Sequence record: NC_014792.1
Reading direction: 5' to 3' (one strand)
DNA length: 64,000 nucleotides
Source: Escherichia phage vB_EcoM_VR7
Shown here: positions 19,583 to 30,913 of the stretch, one piece after another
How positions within the stretch are numbered: the stretch's first letter is position 1
Layout: every line of letters starts with the position of its first letter
Notes under the pieces: model-generated
The model's database searches: none
The model's input: the letters and a program-made list of their open reading frames with translations, nothing else
Told to the model about the DNA's origin: nothing
Program-made: the position numbers and the translations under genes

Positions 19583-20335
19583 ATGGCCAATATCGTAAGA
19601 TGTGAAATGCCAGACGGAGTTCATCGTTTCAAACCGTTTACAGTCGCTGATTACCGTGATTTACTGCTTGTGCGAAACGACATGAACAACAAACCCGTCG
19701 AAGAACAAAAACAATTATTAGACGAACTGTTAGAAGATTATTTTGGAGAGTATCCGAAAGCATGGAGACCTTACATATTCCTGAAGGTATTCACTTCCTC
19801 TATCGGCAAGACGAAAGTCCCGGTAGCGTTCGAATGTCAAAAATGTAAAAAGACAAAGCAGACTTTGTTTAACATGAGCCAAGGTCCATTGATAAATCCA
19901 ACGATGGAAACCGCAGGGATAAAAATACAATTTAAGTTCCCTGAAGTGGAATATAAAGATAAGTCGGAGCTTGTTCTAAACACCATCCAGACTGTCGAAG
20001 ACTCGGAACAAAAGTACAATTGGGAAGACCTTCCTGAAGAAACGAAGATGCAGGTTATTGATGCCATTGATATAGAGAGCCTCGAAGAGCTCCTTAAGAA
20101 AATGCACTCGATTTATCTTCCATTTACATATGGTTGTTGCGAAAAGCACAAAACCGAATACACTGACCTGCTTGATGTCTTTAAGCTCATCCTTAACCCG
20201 GATGAAGTCTTTGTATTTTATCAAATTAACCACTTGCTGGTAAAGAATCAATATTCGCTGGATAGCATCATGCAAATGATTCCTATCGAACGAGGTATCG
20301 CTTTATCGTTAGTTGAGAAGGACTTGAAGAAATGA
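19583..20335 (+). CDS. 51: Baseplate hub assembly protein gp51
   Basis: 250 aa; divergent from 26 with its own late promoter; T4 gene order. Confidence 0.7.
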   Translation: MANIVRCEMPDGVHRFKPFTVADYRDLLLVRNDMNNKPVEEQKQLLDELLEDYFGEYPKAWRPYIFLKVFTSSIGKTKVPVAFECQKCKKTKQTLFNMSQGPLINPTMETAGIKIQFKFPEVEYKDKSELVLNTIQTVEDSEQKYNWEDLPEETKMQVIDAIDIESLEELLKKMHSIYLPFTYGCCEKHKTEYTDLLDVFKLILNPDEVFVFYQINHLLVKNQYSLDSIMQMIPIERGIALSLVEKDLKK

Positions 20336-21501
20336 CAGCTAAATCTATGCAGCGCGAAGGCTTTCCTAATATCAGCATACGCCTTTATGAAGATTATGAT
20401 GCCTGGCTTGAACACCGTTTTGTAGAACTGGCTGCAACATTTACAACGTTAACCATGCGTGATTCCCTTTATGGAAGAAACGAGGGGCTGTTGCAATTCT
20501 ATGACACAAAGAACTTACATACAAAAATGAATGGCGAACAAATTATTCAGGTCTCCGTTAAGAATGCCAACTCAGACCGAACCCAATCCAGGATATATGG
20601 AAGCAAGCACTTTGCTGTTTCTGTGGATGCAAAGGGTGATAACATAATTACAATTCAACTGGCGCCCATTCACGAAATTGAAGACCTGAAATTTAGTCGT
20701 ATGTTTTACCCGAGTGTACAAGAAACATTAGTCGAAATGACCGGGGTAATTTATCAGGACCGACCATTACTTGCTCCTCCGATAAACGGCATAAACGTTT
20801 ATGCTCCTAATGTTCCATGGTGTGATTCGATGAACCAATATATGGAATTCATAAGGGAAGTAGGTCTTGCAGTTGAGTCTGATAAATTTGTATTTGTATG
20901 GGAAGATATCGATGGCATAAGTATTCAGGATTATGAATGGTTAACTACACAAGAGCCGATTAATTTTGTGGTGGGTGAACCTCGATTGGTTGGTCAGTTT
21001 GTACAAAACCTCGAGACTCCGTTAGCCTTCGATTTTGAATGGTTAACAAAGGCAAACCAACATACAAGAAAACCATATGAAAACGCAACCGTGTACGCAC
21101 ATTCATTCCTTGACAAGAATGCAACCAGAATAACTTTTGGGGAAGGACAAAACAGCATTCTGGTATCTCGTTCCGGGGGATATTCGGATTACACATACCG
21201 AAATGGTTTCGAGGAAGCACAACGATTAATAACCATGTCTCAATATGATGGTTACGCGCACTGCAAAACATACGGGAACTTTGAATTAACCCCGGGTGAT
21301 AAGATTAACTTCTATGACCCGAAGAACCAATTCAAATATGATTTTTACGTAGACGAAGTTATTCATGAAGTGAGTAACAATACATCAATTACAAACCTCT
21401 ATATGTTTACCAATGGTAAGCCTATCGAAGTTGAAGAACCACCGAAGGTTAAAAATGAACTTAAAACTGATTCTGCCGACGAAGAAAATACAGCTGGGTG
21501 A
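20332..21501 (+). CDS. 27: Baseplate hub subunit gp27
   Basis: 389 aa; position and size as T4 gp27. Confidence 0.8.
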   Translation: MTAKSMQREGFPNISIRLYEDYDAWLEHRFVELAATFTTLTMRDSLYGRNEGLLQFYDTKNLHTKMNGEQIIQVSVKNANSDRTQSRIYGSKHFAVSVDAKGDNIITIQLAPIHEIEDLKFSRMFYPSVQETLVEMTGVIYQDRPLLAPPINGINVYAPNVPWCDSMNQYMEFIREVGLAVESDKFVFVWEDIDGISIQDYEWLTTQEPINFVVGEPRLVGQFVQNLETPLAFDFEWLTKANQHTRKPYENATVYAHSFLDKNATRITFGEGQNSILVSRSGGYSDYTYRNGFEEAQRLITMSQYDGYAHCKTYGNFELTPGDKINFYDPKNQFKYDFYVDEVIHEVSNNTSITNLYMFTNGKPIEVEEPPKVKNELKTDSADEENTAG

Positions 21502-21973
21502 TAAAGAGATTCATGTACCTAAGCTTGGACTTAAGCATCACAATCTGATTAAAAACGAACCTAATCCTTATGCTGCATTAAGAAAGATTATGCAATCGGT
21601 ATTCCCTAATCTTACAGCAGCCGAATCCGACTTTGTATCTTTACATCTTCTGGAATTCAATGGTAAGCTAAAAGACAAACGCGAGATTAATGGATTTACA
21701 TATAAGCTGGATGATGTTTATATCTGTCAGCGCCTTGAATTCTCTTATCAAGGAAAGACATTTAAATTCCGCTCTAATAAACCGTATGAAGAATTCGGAC
21801 CAGTTGACAATCTCCTGGAGACCCTTTATCTCGGGGAAGATGTTCCAGACTTTCTGGATATGCCTGCTTTTGTTGCTAAGTGGGCAGACGATATCACAAG
21901 CACATTAGCAATCCCGGGTCCAAATGGTCCTGTTAAGGGGTTACTGAAAATAATGGAACTCCTAAATGAATAA
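21455..21973 (+). CDS. 28: Baseplate hub distal subunit gp28
   Basis: 172 aa from ATG with GAAGG SD; overlaps the end of gene 27; position as T4 gp28. Confidence 0.7.
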   Translation: MNLKLILPTKKIQLGDKEIHVPKLGLKHHNLIKNEPNPYAALRKIMQSVFPNLTAAESDFVSLHLLEFNGKLKDKREINGFTYKLDDVYICQRLEFSYQGKTFKFRSNKPYEEFGPVDNLLETLYLGEDVPDFLDMPAFVAKWADDITSTLAIPGPNGPVKGLLKIMELLNE

Positions 21974-23711
21974 GAACTCCGAACAAACGAGCTTCAGACG
22001 CGGTGGACCTAATAAAAAGCTTATCGAAGAATTAGCACCACAAAGGAGGGCGGAAGCCCTCTCTGCTGAACAGAATGATGAATTATCGAATCTGAATACA
22101 ACTCTTACAAATACTCAGGCTGCAACCGAACTTGTATCGGAAGCTATTGAGGATAAGGGTAATCAGATTATTGAGAATATCCAGACCAACAATGGAGTCC
22201 TCCAGGACATCAGTGCTGGGGTTGAACTGACGGCCGAAGCCACCGAGAAGACTCAACAAGGGATTAAAAACCTCACGGATATTCTCTCGGATAAGCTCGA
22301 CAAACTCAGTGCAATGATAAGCGGTAAAATAGGCGTCACGTCTCCTGTGGCTGGTTCTGAAAGCCTTAAACCTGTGGAGGACGCACTACCAGAGCCTGAA
22401 GAGAATAAGCCCACAGCGAGCGTTCCAGCGCTCATACCGCCAGAAGAACAAAAGCCCGACGCTGACTTCATTCCGGAACCAGAGCAACCAAAAACCGATG
22501 CAGAAGGTAAAGAGACTAATACCTGGTCACTTGGCGATAAGCTTGACACACTTTCGAAGATAACCGAAAAAGGATTTAAGGCATCGATTTCTGTTGCCGA
22601 CCGAATCTCCGGGATGCTGTTCAAATATACAATTACGGCAGCAGCCGAAGCGGCCAAGCTTATTGGTGGATTATTGTTGTTGGTATTCGGTATCGATGCA
22701 ATACGAGTTTACTTCCAATATTTCATGAAGCAATTCGAAAAAGGATGGGCCGAATTTAATGACAAGTTCAAAGAATGGGGACCGTTGCTCGAAGGACTAA
22801 TGACTTGGGCTAAGAATGCTGAAGCAATGTTTAGTGAAAGAAATTGGCTTGGGCTGGCAGAAGCTATTATCCGTGGAATGGTTAACTTAACGAAGAATAT
22901 GGCTCAACTTCTTATGCTTGGCATTTCAAAATTAATCTCGGCTATCTTAAGTAAAATCCCCGGGATGGGTGATTTGGCAGATAATGTGGAAGCCTCTGCG
23001 TTGATGTCTTATCAGCAAAACACGGGCGCAACCCTTGATGATGAAGACCAAACGAAGATAGCTAAGTATCACGATAAACGTTCGGCCGAAGCAATGAAAA
23101 CTGCGGAGAAGATGAATAAGAAGTATAAGGATAAACCTGAACTGATTAATCAAGCCGAAAAATATGGCAACCTTACCAAGGAACAAGCTGACCAGCTTCG
23201 TGCGGGTGGTATTGACACAAGCTTCAGAGACCTTCCAGAAGAAGAACGTCTGGACTATTTCAAGAAGCGTGATAAAACCCAAGCCGATATTATTCGTTTA
23301 ACCCAGACTGCAGATAACTTAATGAAGCCAGATGCAACCGATAAAAAGAATGCTGAAGCCTCATATAAAGCAATCCAGGAACAGTTGGCTGACCCTGTTA
23401 TGGCAAAAGGTGGAGCCCCGAAAGACCTTAATATGCATGCCCTCCTGGAAAAACTCGATAAGTCTCTTGAGAAGTTCAAAGACGAACCGAAAGTTAAACC
23501 ACCTGATGTTAAGGCTTCTCCGGATGCACAACAAGCTGCGAAGGTTGACGAAGGCATGAAGGCCAAAGAAAATAAATACAAGGATGCACCAGCTAATGCG
23601 CAAATTAACACGGTCAATAATATTCAGAAGACTTCCAGGACGCAATACAATATGCCTCCTCAAAGTTCAACCCCTGCCCCTGGTATGAGACAAGCCACGA
23701 GAATTAACTAA
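21966..23711 (+). CDS. 29: Baseplate hub / tail length determinator gp29
   Basis: 581 aa; position and size as T4 gp29. Confidence 0.8.
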   Translation: MNKNSEQTSFRRGGPNKKLIEELAPQRRAEALSAEQNDELSNLNTTLTNTQAATELVSEAIEDKGNQIIENIQTNNGVLQDISAGVELTAEATEKTQQGIKNLTDILSDKLDKLSAMISGKIGVTSPVAGSESLKPVEDALPEPEENKPTASVPALIPPEEQKPDADFIPEPEQPKTDAEGKETNTWSLGDKLDTLSKITEKGFKASISVADRISGMLFKYTITAAAEAAKLIGGLLLLVFGIDAIRVYFQYFMKQFEKGWAEFNDKFKEWGPLLEGLMTWAKNAEAMFSERNWLGLAEAIIRGMVNLTKNMAQLLMLGISKLISAILSKIPGMGDLADNVEASALMSYQQNTGATLDDEDQTKIAKYHDKRSAEAMKTAEKMNKKYKDKPELINQAEKYGNLTKEQADQLRAGGIDTSFRDLPEEERLDYFKKRDKTQADIIRLTQTADNLMKPDATDKKNAEASYKAIQEQLADPVMAKGGAPKDLNMHALLEKLDKSLEKFKDEPKVKPPDVKASPDAQQAAKVDEGMKAKENKYKDAPANAQINTVNNIQKTSRTQYNMPPQSSTPAPGMRQATRIN

Positions 23712-23719
23712 GGAATAAC

Positions 23720-24826
23720 ATGAAAGTAAAAGAACTCGATTTCGATTTCGATATTGCGGGTTTATTTAACGGAGGTTCTAAGACCTCCGCTGGGCAGTCA
23801 AAAGCTGCCCAGACTCAAGCTACTATTGTGGCGCAATATCCAGCAGAACGAGCTTCCGGTAATGATTCTTCAGATGATATGCGAGTTAATGACCTTTATA
23901 AAAATGGTCTGTTATTCACGGCATACAATTTCAGTTCAAGAACATCTCCGGAATTACGCTCAGACAGGTCAAGCCAATTGACTTCATTAAAGAAAGTTTC
24001 CAATGGTGCTTCATTTAACCCGGTTAAAAGTTTAACATCTTTTGCTAAATCAAAATTAACCGGCTCCGGTTCAACAGGTAAAAGTTTTGATTCAAACGCT
24101 GTTGCAAATATCCTGTTGCCTCGTTCGAAGTCTGATGTAGAATCCGTATCGCATCGATTCAACGATGTTGGCGAATCTCTTATTACGAAAGGTGGCGGCT
24201 CAGCTACTGGTATTCTTAGTAACATCGCATCGACTGCAGTTTTTGGCGCGCTCGAATCAGTTACAAACGGTGTAATGGCCGACCATGGTGAACAGATTTA
24301 CACAACGGCAAGAAGCATGTATGCTGGTCCGGATAACAGGACAAAAGTTTACACATGGGAAATGACTCCACGTAGCGCGCAAGACTTAATCCAGATAGTG
24401 AAGATATACGAGATTTTCAACTATTATTCTTATGGTGAAACTGGTAAAAGCTCCTTTGCTTCCGAGCTGAAAGATAAAATCGATACGTGGTATAAATCCA
24501 CCTTCCCTTCAAAAAGGAAAGCAATCGATAACTTTGACGGTAAGTTGCTCGGTGAAGAGATAACAAGCTTCTTAACGAACGTTCTGGTGGTCTCTAACCC
24601 TACTATCTGGTATATCCGCAACTTCGGTGATACAAGCTCATACGATGGCCGTGGGGAGCTATTTGGGCCATGTCAGATTCAGAGCATAAGATTCGATAAA
24701 TCTCCGGATGGTCATTTCGGTGGATTAGCTATTGCTCCTAACCTGCCATCGACTTTTGTACTTGAAATCACTTTCCGTGAAATCATTACGCTTAACCGTG
24801 GCTCACTATATGCGGAAGGTTTCTAA
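23720..24826 (+). CDS. 48: Baseplate tail tube cap gp48
   Basis: 368 aa; position and size as T4 gp48. Confidence 0.8.
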   Translation: MKVKELDFDFDIAGLFNGGSKTSAGQSKAAQTQATIVAQYPAERASGNDSSDDMRVNDLYKNGLLFTAYNFSSRTSPELRSDRSSQLTSLKKVSNGASFNPVKSLTSFAKSKLTGSGSTGKSFDSNAVANILLPRSKSDVESVSHRFNDVGESLITKGGGSATGILSNIASTAVFGALESVTNGVMADHGEQIYTTARSMYAGPDNRTKVYTWEMTPRSAQDLIQIVKIYEIFNYYSYGETGKSSFASELKDKIDTWYKSTFPSKRKAIDNFDGKLLGEEITSFLTNVLVVSNPTIWYIRNFGDTSSYDGRGELFGPCQIQSIRFDKSPDGHFGGLAIAPNLPSTFVLEITFREIITLNRGSLYAEGF

Positions 24827-25785
24827 TGTTTACTTTACAAGAATTTCAAACACAAGCGATTAATATCGACTTGCAGAGGAATAACCTTTTTAGCGTGGTC
24901 TTCGCGACCGCGCCTTCCTCTAAATCTCAGAATCTTCTGGACCAGTTCGGTGGTGCGTTATTCAGCAACCTTCCTGTTAACTCGGATTGGTTTGGTTTAA
25001 CGCAAGGCGACTTAACCCAGGGAATAACAACTCTTGTTACTGCAGGAACTCAAAAGCTTATTCGTAAATCAGGGATAAGCAAATATCTTATCGGGGCAAT
25101 GAGTAACCGTGTTGTGCAATCATTATTAGGGGAATTTGAGGTTGGTACTTACCTGCTTGATTTCTTTAATATGGCTTATCCAACGGCCGGGCTATTAGTT
25201 CACTCCGTTAAGCTTCCGGACAACACATTGAACTACGAAATGGACCTTAACCATAACGCGCCAAATATCAAGATAACAGGGAGAGAATATTCTCCGTTGG
25301 TATTAAGCTTTAGAATGGATTCAGAGGCAGGGAACTTCAGAGCATTTAACGATTGGGTCAACTCTGTACAGGACCCAGTTACCCAGCTAAGGGCTTTGCC
25401 TGAAGATGTTGAAGCAGATATTCAGGTTAACCTTCACTCACGTAATGGATTGCCACACACGGTTGTTATGTTAACTGGTTGTGTTCCTGTAAGTGTATCT
25501 GCACCTGAATTGAGTTATGAAGGGGATAATCAGATAGCTACATTTGATGTGACTTTTGCTTATCGCGTTATGTCAACTGGGGCGGTGGGAAGAAATGCTG
25601 CATTAGAATGGTTGGAAGATAAGGTTATTAAGGGTGTATCTGGTATTAGTTCAGATAACAACTTGAACGCAGAAGTTGCCAAATTGAGTCGCTTGTCTGG
25701 TGCCCAATCTGGATTAACAAGTCTGTACAATACGTTCACTGGTTCTGGAAGAGCCGTCTCTGGTGGAAGTCAACGTATATTATAA
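24826..25785 (+). CDS. 54: Baseplate tail tube initiator gp54
   Basis: 319 aa; position and size as T4 gp54; strong terminator follows. Confidence 0.8.
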   Translation: MFTLQEFQTQAINIDLQRNNLFSVVFATAPSSKSQNLLDQFGGALFSNLPVNSDWFGLTQGDLTQGITTLVTAGTQKLIRKSGISKYLIGAMSNRVVQSLLGEFEVGTYLLDFFNMAYPTAGLLVHSVKLPDNTLNYEMDLNHNAPNIKITGREYSPLVLSFRMDSEAGNFRAFNDWVNSVQDPVTQLRALPEDVEADIQVNLHSRNGLPHTVVMLTGCVPVSVSAPELSYEGDNQIATFDVTFAYRVMSTGAVGRNAALEWLEDKVIKGVSGISSDNNLNAEVAKLSRLSGAQSGLTSLYNTFTGSGRAVSGGSQRIL

Positions 25786-25816
25786 AAAGAAAGGGACCCG
25801 AAGGTCCCTTTTTTAT
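25786..25816. terminator. Rho-independent terminator after gene 54
   Basis: gggacc-cgaa-ggtccc followed by TTTTTT. Confidence 0.85.
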
Positions 25817-26103
25817 TTGCGGAATGAAATGAAACCTGCTACAGTCATTACAGCTTCTTTCTTAACAAAGACTGTAATCGCAATTGGTGCTTCAGATTCA
25901 AGCTGTCCAGTTACTATACCATTAAAAATATTTTCTGTTTGTTCAGAATTTACAAAGTTTTCAACAGGGCGAAGGTCGAATTTCTTATCTTCACCAAATA
26001 CACGTCGTAATTCATTACCCACTGCGCTGTCAAACTCTTCTGAAGCTGGGATAACATTCTCAACTACCAGTTCCTGACCATTAAAGCGAAAAGATGATTT
26101 CAT
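25813..26103 (-). CDS. Hypothetical protein (alt.-x position)
   Basis: 96 aa from internal ATG with GAGGA SD; early-type promoter (GTTTAC, 18 nt, TACAAT) upstream. Confidence 0.45.
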   Translation of the reverse strand: MKSSFRFNGQELVVENVIPASEEFDSAVGNELRRVFGEDKKFDLRPVENFVNSEQTENIFNGIVTGQLESEAPIAITVFVKKEAVMTVAGFISFRK

Positions 26104-26132
26104 TTTGTTTTCCTCATGTGCAATTGATATGA

Positions 26133-26166
26133 ACATTGTATCGCACTTCCTTGTGCTTGTAAACCC
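26133..26166 (-). promoter_or_regulatory. Early-type promoter for the 25813..26103 ORF
   Basis: Minus strand reads GTTTAC, 18 nt, TACAAT. Confidence 0.5.
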
Positions 26167-26167
26167 C

Positions 26168-28219
26168 CTATGAAAGGAATTTAGGAGGAATACTTTCCAA
26201 ATTAATACAACTAGCAAGAATACCAAGGCCTTGGTTGACTTTCTTCGTCACCCTGGAGGATGCAAACGATGCGAAGTCAACAGATTCTTCTGGTTCCTCG
26301 CCTTTATAAACGACAAGCTCGCCAGTTTCCATCAACACATCACCATCATAGATAACTGCATTTTCATCCAGTTGGTCAGTGGTCTGAATGTCAGGTTCCA
26401 GCATTTTGACGTTCGCATTTCCTTGATACGACGCATCCGTAATTTTTGTAATCTTAACTATAGTTCCACGAGGAAGAATAACTTCTTGCTCGGTCGGGTT
26501 TCCTGACAATTCACCAGGAACAATTACGTTAATTAAGTCCGCTCCAGAAATTTTCCAACCGACATGCATCATTACGTGGTCGCGGCGGGCATCCGGCATA
26601 TCTGGTAAAACAATTTCGTCATCAGCCTGGAAAGATGTCCCATCACGATAGTCCTGATGAACTGCGGCCATAGCAACGTTCGCCACCCAGCCACCAAAGA
26701 TAATCGGTTTAAACGACGTTGATACATAGTTCCTGAAATAAAATAATTTAGATTTCTTAATTTTATCAAATGTAGGAACGTTTAAATATTGACCACGCCA
26801 AAGAGTTGTATTAGGCGGCAACTTATGTCCAATTTCAAAGGCCGAATCCAATTCCTTAATTGTTTCGACAACTCTGTCTAGATTTAGGAATTCAGCTTCT
26901 TCTTCATAATATTTGCCCATCAAATAATTATTAATATCGGCATAGTTTGCTCCACAATAATCTGCAATTGCTTCTCGCTGGCCATAATGGAAACGGTTGT
27001 CAGTATACCCTGCTGTGAAATTAAGAGTATTTTCTGATGCTTCTTCGGCAAAGTCTTTAACTGCAACACGAATGGCGCTTGTGTATTCTTTTTCCCAGAG
27101 CGAGGCTGCATAAGTGGCTGCATCTAGGTTAGGAGGAGCATCATTCATTTTTCTTTCGATAAATGCGGCTTTGCGAAGGTTAAGAATCTCTGCGCATGAT
27201 TCGGCAAAAATCTGCATCTGCTTCATGCTACCAACTGGGGCACGTTTAAGTTCACGATGCATACGGTTAAAAATTGGGTCAGAGTCTTCAACACGAATTT
27301 CTTCTTTCCAAACACCATTTGCGCGCATAGCCGTATCCGCGGCGCGCATACGAGCCATAGTATTCGTTTCGGAAGGTCGAACAAAAATTTCCAGTTCTTC
27401 GGCATCATCAATTAATTCAGCAGTTGCAGGTCGACTAAACTTAGCAGCTTCTGCATCAATTTCGTCCCAACCTTCTGGCACGGAATCACTTGGTGCGTAC
27501 TGGGCTTGTGCAATAGCTCGGCGACTGATTTTAGTTTTCTGGGCAACAGCAGCGTCGGTCTTTTTGTTTGCTGCGTCAATCAGAACTTCGGCTGCGATTT
27601 CTTGTTTGGAGACTTGCGCACCGTTATCTTTATTAGTGAATACGTCGCCAACTTTTGTTGTGACTTTTTGATATTTCTCAGGGACAGGTGGCATACCATC
27701 AACCGACAGCAGGTCAACGCCCTTTTTGTACATAATTACATAAGCGTTCTTTTTACCGAGACCAGAAGCATTCGGAAGAACATGATAACGCCCGGAAGTT
27801 TTCATTTGAATCAGTCGATTCATAATACGAATAACAGCTTGCTCTTGACCTTTCATCTTTTTGGAAGGGAAACGGAACAAGACTACATCAGGTTTGCCTA
27901 GTTTGATACTTTCCCAGACTGTGGTAAAAATCAGGTTAATCGCATCAAGAGGTTTTTCACCTAGGCCACCCTTCAGAGGAACAGCATGGCCGTGTGAAGT
28001 CCCAGAGAGCAGGAATACCTCGGCAATTGCATCACCACGTTTATATTGTTTAACAGTTTCTTTGCCCGTGAATTGCATTAAACGGGCCATAAGAGAATTG
28101 GTCCCAGGAACACCGAATTGCCAAACCTGCGGGACCTTGTATTTTGGATTCATATTAATGACAGGATAACCGAAGGCTTCGATATATTTGTCAAAGAGTT
28201 CATTTAATTGTTCAGACAT
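26168..28219 (-). CDS. alt: Alt-like ADP-ribosyltransferase (virion-packaged in T4)
   Basis: 683 aa, same size and position (between 54 and 30) as T4 Alt; minus-strand late promoter directly upstream. Confidence 0.65.
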   Translation of the reverse strand: MSEQLNELFDKYIEAFGYPVINMNPKYKVPQVWQFGVPGTNSLMARLMQFTGKETVKQYKRGDAIAEVFLLSGTSHGHAVPLKGGLGEKPLDAINLIFTTVWESIKLGKPDVVLFRFPSKKMKGQEQAVIRIMNRLIQMKTSGRYHVLPNASGLGKKNAYVIMYKKGVDLLSVDGMPPVPEKYQKVTTKVGDVFTNKDNGAQVSKQEIAAEVLIDAANKKTDAAVAQKTKISRRAIAQAQYAPSDSVPEGWDEIDAEAAKFSRPATAELIDDAEELEIFVRPSETNTMARMRAADTAMRANGVWKEEIRVEDSDPIFNRMHRELKRAPVGSMKQMQIFAESCAEILNLRKAAFIERKMNDAPPNLDAATYAASLWEKEYTSAIRVAVKDFAEEASENTLNFTAGYTDNRFHYGQREAIADYCGANYADINNYLMGKYYEEEAEFLNLDRVVETIKELDSAFEIGHKLPPNTTLWRGQYLNVPTFDKIKKSKLFYFRNYVSTSFKPIIFGGWVANVAMAAVHQDYRDGTSFQADDEIVLPDMPDARRDHVMMHVGWKISGADLINVIVPGELSGNPTEQEVILPRGTIVKITKITDASYQGNANVKMLEPDIQTTDQLDENAVIYDGDVLMETGELVVYKGEEPEESVDFASFASSRVTKKVNQGLGILASCINLESIPPKFLS

Positions 28220-28242
28220 AATAGGTTCCTTATAAAATATGA

Positions 28243-28280
28243 TGTATTTATACTAAAAAAGGGCCGAAGCCCTTTTGTTA
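28243..28280 (-). promoter_or_regulatory. Ligase terminator hairpin followed by a late promoter for alt
   Basis: gggcc-gaag-ccc hairpin with T-run, then minus-strand TATAAATA ~25 nt before the alt ATG. Confidence 0.6.
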
Positions 28281-29810
28281 TTTTAACCCCGTCTGTGACC
28301 AGTCGCCAAATACTTCTTCGAAAGTATCTGCCTTATCTTTATCGAATCTGAACCCTTTGATAATCGGAAGGAACAGTTTAACAGTATTATCTTTACGAGT
28401 TTCAGAAGTCAACCAACCATTACATTCACAGTCAGCAATCATTCCAACCAATTCACCTTTACGAGCCTTAATCATAAGAGCTTCGCGGTCCATTTCATGA
28501 CGCTCATCAATTGGGATAATAGCCCATTTCTTAGTCTTCGGGTCTTTGACTTGTGTTGTATCTTTGAAGCCTGACCCACAATTGGTAACAATTTTACCGC
28601 AAGAAGATTGAAGCACAACACCACCAATTTTATTTGGGTCTTTCTCGTGCTCATAGAATCCGATAATTTCCAAAGCGATGTCAATAACTTCTTTGAACTT
28701 GTACATATTCTTAGAACGCTTGTTTTCCCAAGGAGCTGCAGTGTTTTTAAGAATAATACCTTCGAGCTTTAAAGCAATATATTTCTTATAGATGGCTTTG
28801 GCTTCTTCGAGGTTATTAACCACGTGGTTTTCAATCAGAATCATGCGGTCGTAGCCATGAAGCACCACGTTATCTGCAATCATCTTCTCTAATACCGCGA
28901 ACCGCACATCATATTTCAGAGGGTTAAGAATTTTAACATCTGAATACACTTCAATCAACGGAACATAATCCCAGACCTGGAATTTCATGCCAGCTGCTTC
29001 AACCGCAGTGATAGTTCCTTTTAATGATTTGTTCGCTAGACCGTTTGACTTAGTACGAGATTCCGCAGATTCAATTTGAGTCTCGGCTTGCTCTGTATCA
29101 TCAAAAAGGAAGGCCAACCCATCATCCTGGACAACTGTTTTCTGTTCATGGTATACTAACTCACCATCAATCAAAACGCCCTCAGGATGTCTCTCACGCG
29201 CTTCACGGGTGGCTTCAATCAATTCCTTTTTAAGAAGGTCAAGCTTAAGATACTCATTTCCAGCGCGGGATAACAATCGAACATCATCCAACTCATCGCC
29301 ACGAACTTCTGCAAAACACCGGGCGCCATCGGCTTTCAATTGTGCAAAGGCCGGGAACTTAATGTTTTTAGCAATACCTGCTTCATCGTAAGAAGAAGCA
29401 AGCATCTGTGGCTGTTCAGGAATTAAACCTTTCCAAACTTTATTCGCAATCGATACGGATGCCCCACATTCCAGGTCACGCATCATCACACGACGCAGGA
29501 CTTCAACATCATCTTTTTTACCATCAGCAATATAGCCAGATAATTCCTCGATTGCCGCATTACCTGTTAATTTACGAGGGGCTAATGTAAATTCGATAAA
29601 GTCAAGCATATCACTTATATTCAACATGCCAAAGCTTTGAGTCGTTGTCCCAGGTTTTGGCCATTTCTTGATATAGAACTGAATGCCTTTGGAATATGTC
29701 AAACGATACACACGTTTAAGCGTTTCATTTTCAGAATACGATTCCAGGATAGCTTGTTTCTCTTTCGTAGAATCGGTTGCAGCAATTTCATTTAAAATAT
29801 CTAAAATCAT
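28278..29810 (-). CDS. 30: ATP-dependent DNA ligase gp30
   Basis: Very high similarity to T4 DNA ligase over the full length (MILDILNEIA...KQAILE, KFPAFAQLKADGARCFAEVRGDELDDVRLLSRAGNEY, ECECNGWL). Confidence 0.97.
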   Translation of the reverse strand: MILDILNEIAATDSTKEKQAILESYSENETLKRVYRLTYSKGIQFYIKKWPKPGTTTQSFGMLNISDMLDFIEFTLAPRKLTGNAAIEELSGYIADGKKDDVEVLRRVMMRDLECGASVSIANKVWKGLIPEQPQMLASSYDEAGIAKNIKFPAFAQLKADGARCFAEVRGDELDDVRLLSRAGNEYLKLDLLKKELIEATREARERHPEGVLIDGELVYHEQKTVVQDDGLAFLFDDTEQAETQIESAESRTKSNGLANKSLKGTITAVEAAGMKFQVWDYVPLIEVYSDVKILNPLKYDVRFAVLEKMIADNVVLHGYDRMILIENHVVNNLEEAKAIYKKYIALKLEGIILKNTAAPWENKRSKNMYKFKEVIDIALEIIGFYEHEKDPNKIGGVVLQSSCGKIVTNCGSGFKDTTQVKDPKTKKWAIIPIDERHEMDREALMIKARKGELVGMIADCECNGWLTSETRKDNTVKLFLPIIKGFRFDKDKADTFEEVFGDWSQTGLK

Positions 29811-29820
29811 TAATCACCTC

Positions 29821-30099
29821 TTAGTCGTTGGCTCTATTATATGCCACGTCTTCCAAAAGCAAATCCAGACGCTTATGATAAGTGAACACAAATTTCGTGG
29901 CACCGTCTGGTTTCATTTTAGTCATGAAGTGAACATAAATGAATCCTTGCTCAACACATTCACGCCAAACGGGATTATCTTTAGCCGGATTAATATCAAA
30001 CGAGTAATCATGATTCACATGACGAATAAACTGGTTAACATGACCATAATCCATCGTGGTGGTTGGACCACGGTCAGAAATAGTATGAACGACAAACAT
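29821..30099 (-). CDS. Hypothetical protein (30.1 position)
   Basis: 92 aa from internal ATG adjacent to the stop of the upstream gene. Confidence 0.4.
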   Translation of the reverse strand: MFVVHTISDRGPTTTMDYGHVNQFIRHVNHDYSFDINPAKDNPVWRECVEQGFIYVHFMTKMKPDGATKFVFTYHKRLDLLLEDVAYNRAND

Positions 30100-30100
30100 A

Positions 30101-30913
30101 TTAACCCCTTCCACAGGTCGGTTGATTATACCAGTATTCAATACCAGTACCTACGCCATATTGGTATGGATATGCTGGATTATATCCAGGAGTCCATGGC
30201 TGACCTGGCTGCCAGCCTTGTTGCATTTGTTGCTGAAGACGTCGAGTTTCACGAAACAGTTCTTCCAGTTTACGGAGTTCATCTGGTGTGAATTCTGGTT
30301 TGGTCGGTTCATCTTTGTGTTTCAGTTTAAGCTGTCCAGCAACATCGTCCCAATTAAAAACTTTGGAAGCTGTTTTAGGAATAGCATCACGTTCACCACG
30401 AGCCATCCAATAAACCGGAACTGCAAGGATTTCACTCGCATGGTCGCAATGGTGAGCAAGGTCATCAATATAACAAATGACATTATATTTGTCTTTTGCC
30501 TTCTGGAACAACTCCTCTTTAGAGGCTGTATGACCACACATCATAACTTCTTTAAACGCACCAGGGAACAAAGCATTCAGGTTGAATTGACGATTCAGGC
30601 GGGCGTCAATGGAATCACCCAGGGCTGTAACGGCCACAAAATCATATTGTTCTTTGAGGTTATTAATAACCCTTAACGCATCTGCATAAGGAGACAAATA
30701 ACGAATAAAATCCGAACAGTTATATTTCTCAATCAACTGTGCGCCCAACTCTTCATCACAATTGAACAGTTTGCCCGGGGTCACAAATTTTTCATCCTGA
30801 ATCATCTTAAGGATATGTTCCAGGGGTAAATTGTATTTTTGAGCGAAATAAGGCAAGCCAGATTGCCATGACAAACATACGCCATCAATGTCTGTTAAAA
30901 TAACGGGTTTCAT
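30101..30913 (-). CDS. HAD-like hydrolase-fold protein (30.2 position) with Q/P/Y-rich low-complexity C-terminal tail
   Basis: N-terminal ILTDIDGV motif (HAD motif I, DxDG); C-terminus QQQMQQGWQPGQPWTPGYNPAYPYQYG. Confidence 0.55.
   Translation of the reverse strand: MKPVILTDIDGVCLSWQSGLPYFAQKYNLPLEHILKMIQDEKFVTPGKLFNCDEELGAQLIEKYNCSDFIRYLSPYADALRVINNLKEQYDFVAVTALGDSIDARLNRQFNLNALFPGAFKEVMMCGHTASKEELFQKAKDKYNVICYIDDLAHHCDHASEILAVPVYWMARGERDAIPKTASKVFNWDDVAGQLKLKHKDEPTKPEFTPDELRKLEELFRETRRLQQQMQQGWQPGQPWTPGYNPAYPYQYGVGTGIEYWYNQPTCGRG

Noticed and set aside
27114-28169. Several plus-strand ORFs (185, 131, 102 aa) inside alt
   Set aside because: Antisense to the Alt-like gene, mutually overlapping, low-complexity
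29683-30676. Plus-strand ORFs of 202 and 184 aa
   Set aside because: Antisense to the ligase, 30.1 and 30.2 genes; no RBS; minus-strand genes have better support
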